DNA from: a virus | Reading direction: 5' to 3' (one strand) | Length of the DNA stretch: 64,000 nt | IMG/VR virus record: IMGVR_UViG_3300049259_000177 | Coordinates: 50,595 to 114,594 of that record | Shown here: positions 60,645 to 64,000 of the stretch, one piece after another | Layout of the letters: each line of letters begins with the position of its first letter | How positions within the stretch are numbered: the first letter of the stretch is position 1 | The notes under the pieces: generated by a model | Database searches by the model: none | What the model saw: the letters and a program-made list of their open reading frames with translations, nothing else | Told to the model about the DNA's origin: nothing | Position numbers and translations under genes: made by a program

Positions 60645-61054
60645 GCGTCCGGCCGGGGTGCCGTCCGTGGCGGCGCTGCCTTCTCCGCCTGCTTCTCCGC
60701 CTGCTTCAGCGCCCGTCTGTCAGCCGCGCTACGTTCCTTCACCGCCGCCTGGGCCCGCGCGGTCTCCGCCACTGCGTCACTGACGGCCTGCTCGTCGCGA
60801 GCGGCACTCCGGCGCTGTCGCTGCGGCTTCGCCGCCGTCTTGGCGGCGGCGGCGCGAGCCTTGTCGGCGTCAGCGACACGCTTGCGGTCGTCGGTGATCG
60901 CCGCGTCGACCCCAGCGTCGTCGTGGTAGGCGCCGAGCCCGGTGCCATCGCTGTCCCGGGTCACTCGGTAGGTGGTCTGGCCGCCGGTTGGCGGGGCCTG
61001 CTCGGTGACCGTGTAGCCGGTCCGGTCTGCCTCGGCCTCAGCCTTTGCCGCCAT
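60641..61054 (-). CDS. Hypothetical Ala-rich protein
   Basis: GAGGAGG RBS; 137 aa. Confidence 0.55.
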   Translation of the reverse strand: MAAKAEAEADRTGYTVTEQAPPTGGQTTYRVTRDSDGTGLGAYHDDAGVDAAITDDRKRVADADKARAAAAKTAAKPQRQRRSAARDEQAVSDAVAETARAQAAVKERSAADRRALKQAEKQAEKAAPPRTAPRPDA

Positions 61055-61544
61055 CGGGCGCCTCCTCGTCGTCTCGCAGTGATCGTGTCAGGTCATCGCC
61101 GCTACCGTCGCCCCGTTCCGCGTGCAAGCGCAGCGCGGCCTTGACGATGTCGCGCAGTGCGTCGCGGTTCTCGTGGCTGTCGAGCGCGCTAGACGGCTGG
61201 ATGCAGCCGATGCGCAATAGGGGGTCCGGCTCGACGGTGACCTCGCCGTAGCCCACGGAGAACGTCGGCCGCGCCGGGACCTGCTCGTCTGCGCCGTGCG
61301 GCGAGCCAAGGATCACGAGGTTCGTCAACGTCTTGCCTATCGGACTGTCCGACTCAATCTCGATCTCAAGGTGCACGCCGTCGTCGTCGACGCGCGCACC
61401 GACGATCTTGCCGACCTTCGGGTCGACGATCGGGCCGCCGGGGTATTCGCGGAAGGGCATCGCCTTGCCGATGAGATCCTTCGCGACGCCCGGCCCGTAG
61501 TGGTCGAACTTGCCCGGGTGTGGCAGCAGGCCGACGTACCTCAC
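61038..61544 (-). CDS. Hypothetical protein
   Basis: 168 aa in a coupled run. Confidence 0.55.
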   Translation of the reverse strand: MRYVGLLPHPGKFDHYGPGVAKDLIGKAMPFREYPGGPIVDPKVGKIVGARVDDDGVHLEIEIESDSPIGKTLTNLVILGSPHGADEQVPARPTFSVGYGEVTVEPDPLLRIGCIQPSSALDSHENRDALRDIVKAALRLHAERGDGSGDDLTRSLRDDEEAPDGGKG

Positions 61545-61915
61545 CCACCCACCTCGAAAACCCCGGCTGGCGAGTGCGCACCGATAGCCATTACCACCCG
61601 GTACTCCGGCCAGTTCTTGTCGAAGTCCACTGTCGCCAGGTTGATGTCGCCGACAACCGCGCCGAAATGCTCAGCGATGTCGCGCGCCCGGGCGTGGTCA
61701 ATGACGATCGGCCCGACGACGTCGGCTTCGAGGGAGGCGGGCATCTCAGCGTCGAAGCCTCGAAGCAGGTGGTCGAACAGGCGGCTTTCGAGGTGGGCAC
61801 GCGCTGGCGCGTCGTCGAGTAGGTGGCACGACACCTGCATCTCCCAGTAGTAGCGCAAGCACCGGCCGCTGTCCGGCTCGCCGATCTCCTCGCGAATCGC
61901 AATCACACCGATCAC
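61541..61915 (-). CDS. Hypothetical protein
   Basis: GTGA overlap with the NUDIX stop. Confidence 0.5.
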   Translation of the reverse strand: MIGVIAIREEIGEPDSGRCLRYYWEMQVSCHLLDDAPARAHLESRLFDHLLRGFDAEMPASLEADVVGPIVIDHARARDIAEHFGAVVGDINLATVDFDKNWPEYRVVMAIGAHSPAGVFEVGG

Positions 61916-62637
61916 AGCGCTGGCACCTTCTCCGCCCAGTTTGGACACTGCTCGATGAACTGGGCGAACGCCTCGGTCAGCCGCAGGGTCGGCAGGGTGT
62001 CGAGGTGCACCCACTTGACGGCGTAGTGCTTCGTCGGCTCCATCACAGCCGCCTCGGCCTGCTGCTCGTTATCGACGTAACGACAGCCAAGCCACCACAT
62101 CGTGTAGTGCTTCGCGCGCTCGGCATTGAACCACTCGGTAACGCCGACGACAGGACCGACGCCGACGACGAGGCCGGTCTCCTCCTGCGTCTCACGCACA
62201 GCGGTGTAGCCGATCGGCTCGCTGTAGTTTTGCTTGCCGCCGGGTGCCCCCCAGCAGTCGTCCTCGATGCGGTGCACCATGAGCAGCAATGGGCCACGCA
62301 GTACGAGCGCAACAGCGGTGATGCCGTGCTCGCAACCGACCGGCGGCGAACCCGGCCTCGGCAACTCGTAGGACCGAACCGGCTCCTCGCTGCGATGACT
62401 GAGGACGTCGACGACGGCTCGCTTGGCGACCTTGCTCGCGCCTTCGAGCGAACGGGGAAGATCCTCAGCGTGCAGCAGGCTGATCGCGACGAACGACGGG
62501 TTCGCGTCGACGGCTTGGCGGATGCGGTCGAGAGCGTCGTCGAGATCGCTGCACTCGACGGTCGCCTCGTCGGAGTGACCGTCGGCGATACCGAGCAGGG
62601 CGTGCAGGGCGTACTGCGGCACCGCCTCCTCGTCCAT
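61912..62637 (-). CDS. NUDIX hydrolase with N-terminal extension
   Basis: Nudix box PGGKQNYSEPIGYTAVRETQEETGL. Confidence 0.85.
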   Translation of the reverse strand: MDEEAVPQYALHALLGIADGHSDEATVECSDLDDALDRIRQAVDANPSFVAISLLHAEDLPRSLEGASKVAKRAVVDVLSHRSEEPVRSYELPRPGSPPVGCEHGITAVALVLRGPLLLMVHRIEDDCWGAPGGKQNYSEPIGYTAVRETQEETGLVVGVGPVVGVTEWFNAERAKHYTMWWLGCRYVDNEQQAEAAVMEPTKHYAVKWVHLDTLPTLRLTEAFAQFIEQCPNWAEKVPAL

Positions 62638-62824
62638 CACGCCTCCGGCGGTAGTGGGAAGCCGCCGCCGGAGATCTCGGTGACCTTGTCGGCAAGCCAG
62701 GCGAGGAACCGCCGGACTGGGCCGGGATGCGCGGCGCGATAGTCCTGCCAGCGGCCCTGATTGCAGGTGACGCAGGCACGGGCATGTTCGTCGTCGTCCA
62801 TCGAGCCGAAGCCGCAGGTCGTCC

Positions 62825-63130
62825 TCACAGCGTGTGCCCATAGTCCTTGCCACGCGGCGCGTTGTGCGCAACCCGGAACCAGTAGTCACGCTCGATGTCG
62901 CACTGGCGCAGGCGTGCGGAGAAGCGGCCCCGCCTCCACAGCGCGCGCCATGCTCGGTGACGGCGCTCGCGGTCGCGCTGGAACAGCGCCGGGAGCAGGT
63001 CCGGCCCGATGATCCGATGGCCCCACAGGTGACGCCACCACGCACGGATGCCAGCCCGATAGCACGGCTCATACGGGCCGGACAGGTCGCGGTCGGTGTC
63101 ACCGGCCTTCCACGTGTACTGCAACGTCAT
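62825..63130 (-). CDS. Hypothetical protein
   Basis: 101 aa, ATGA-coupled. Confidence 0.5.
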   Translation of the reverse strand: MTLQYTWKAGDTDRDLSGPYEPCYRAGIRAWWRHLWGHRIIGPDLLPALFQRDRERRHRAWRALWRRGRFSARLRQCDIERDYWFRVAHNAPRGKDYGHTL

Positions 63131-63585
63131 GGCTTCTCTCCCGCTGCCAGCCGTCGGTCGATCTCAGCGGCGACGAGAGCACCGGCGATGATGAGCAGTC
63201 GAAGCGGGCTCCGGCCGGGCTTCCACCATGACTTGTCCCACGGGAACATCTGCGGCGGCTCCGGGTCGTTGGGGTCGTGGCCGGACGCGGCGCGATCCAA
63301 GAACGACCACGCCGCCCAGGCCAATTCGTTGCCCGCGTGCCGTGCGTCGTGCTCGGCGGTGAATCCTTCCTCGGCGGGCTGACGGTCGCGCTCGGCGGCA
63401 ATCAACGTGGAGCCATCGAGGCGGGGGATCTCCACCGGCAAGCCCTCGCGGCGGACCGCGACGATCTGTTGTTCGTCGAGACCGTGACCACACGGACGAG
63501 CCGTGAAGCGCCTGGTGATGGTCCGAGGGTCGACATAGCCATCGGCTCCGCGTAGGCGCACGCCGCAACGAGGACAGGCGGTCAT
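63127..63585 (-). CDS. Conserved phage protein (Zn-ribbon plus AERxRQ..EG..EHD domain)
   Basis: IAAERDRQ..EGFT.EHD..H..NELA.AA...PW...WWKP....R.L..AGAL..AEIDR. Confidence 0.7.
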   Translation of the reverse strand: MTACPRCGVRLRGADGYVDPRTITRRFTARPCGHGLDEQQIVAVRREGLPVEIPRLDGSTLIAAERDRQPAEEGFTAEHDARHAGNELAWAAWSFLDRAASGHDPNDPEPPQMFPWDKSWWKPGRSPLRLLIIAGALVAAEIDRRLAAGEKP

Positions 63586-64000
63586 GTGATGAGCGGCTGG
63601 CGGGCCGACCGGTTGCCCGGCCAGCCGCACGGCAGGGTCCTGTCGTCGCCAGGCTCGCGCCGGACGAGCAGCCCGTGCTCGGTGAGCAATTCGCGGTAGC
63701 GGGCGCGGCACTTCTCGCCGCGCTCGAACGACGGCAGATCCTTGGTCTCCCTGTACGCCTGCACCCACAGCGTGCCGGGGCTTGCTGTAGCCATGGCAGG
63801 AGCGTACGGCGGGCCAGTGACGGTCTGGCGCTTCACGGGGCGCCGGTCGGCCAGAACGTGCCGATGAGCACGCACATGACGACGAGCACAACGATGGGCA
63901 CCCGCAGCACGCCCCACGGGTAGCCCTGCCGCCGGGCGACGACGGTCGCGGACAGGAGCAGGGCCCCTGCCCCGATCAGCGCTAGCCAGATCCACATGCC

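Noticed and set aside
648-63923. Long plus-strand ORFs (e.g. 648-2381, 3788-5416, 15640-17598, 31921-33240)
   Set aside because: They are antisense shadows of high-GC3 minus-strand genes, with no recognisable motifs or RBS.
1-64000. tRNA/rRNA genes, integrase, att sites, endolysin-holin cassette, small terminase
   Set aside because: None recognised by eye. They may lie outside the window, so lifestyle (temperate or lytic) cannot be called.

Overview
This is a 64-kb piece of a high-GC tailed phage or prophage, probably a siphovirus infecting an actinobacterium. Essentially all real genes lie on the minus strand; the plus-strand ORFs are antisense shadows. Reading right to left there are four blocks. 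(1) Early/accessory genes: NUDIX, HNH, Rpf transglycosylase, DUF1643, DUF3263, a beta sliding clamp, a HerA-like ATPase, an HEXXH metallohydrolase, a double-HTH regulator and DnaB with an intein. (2) Terminase, portal and a 2835-aa MuF-type polyvalent protein. (3) An island of early-type genes inserted among the head genes: a broken UvrD helicase and a RAMP/Cas7-like locus. (4) Prohead protease with an intein, major capsid, neck, major tail, frameshifted tail chaperones, tape measure, Dit and a minor tail gene. The standout is at 23647-25165: a stand-alone Cas7/RAMP-like gene preceded by a ~320-nt non-coding array of CC-NNN pentamers punctuated by CCGAC. Removing the invariant dinucleotides leaves codon-like sequence. 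One unit reads A-E-T-L-E-T-Y-A-H-L-W and another M-F-D-R-Y-G-S-A, both resembling the catalytic-tyrosine motifs of tyrosine integrases. This suggests a gapped-guide RNA system (VIPR-like) aimed at competing mobile elements. Two recurrent promoter architectures (late, and operator-bearing early with a covarying 5'UTR hairpin) and several gene-breaking lesions are also visible. All family assignments come from motif recognition by eye, not from database searches.
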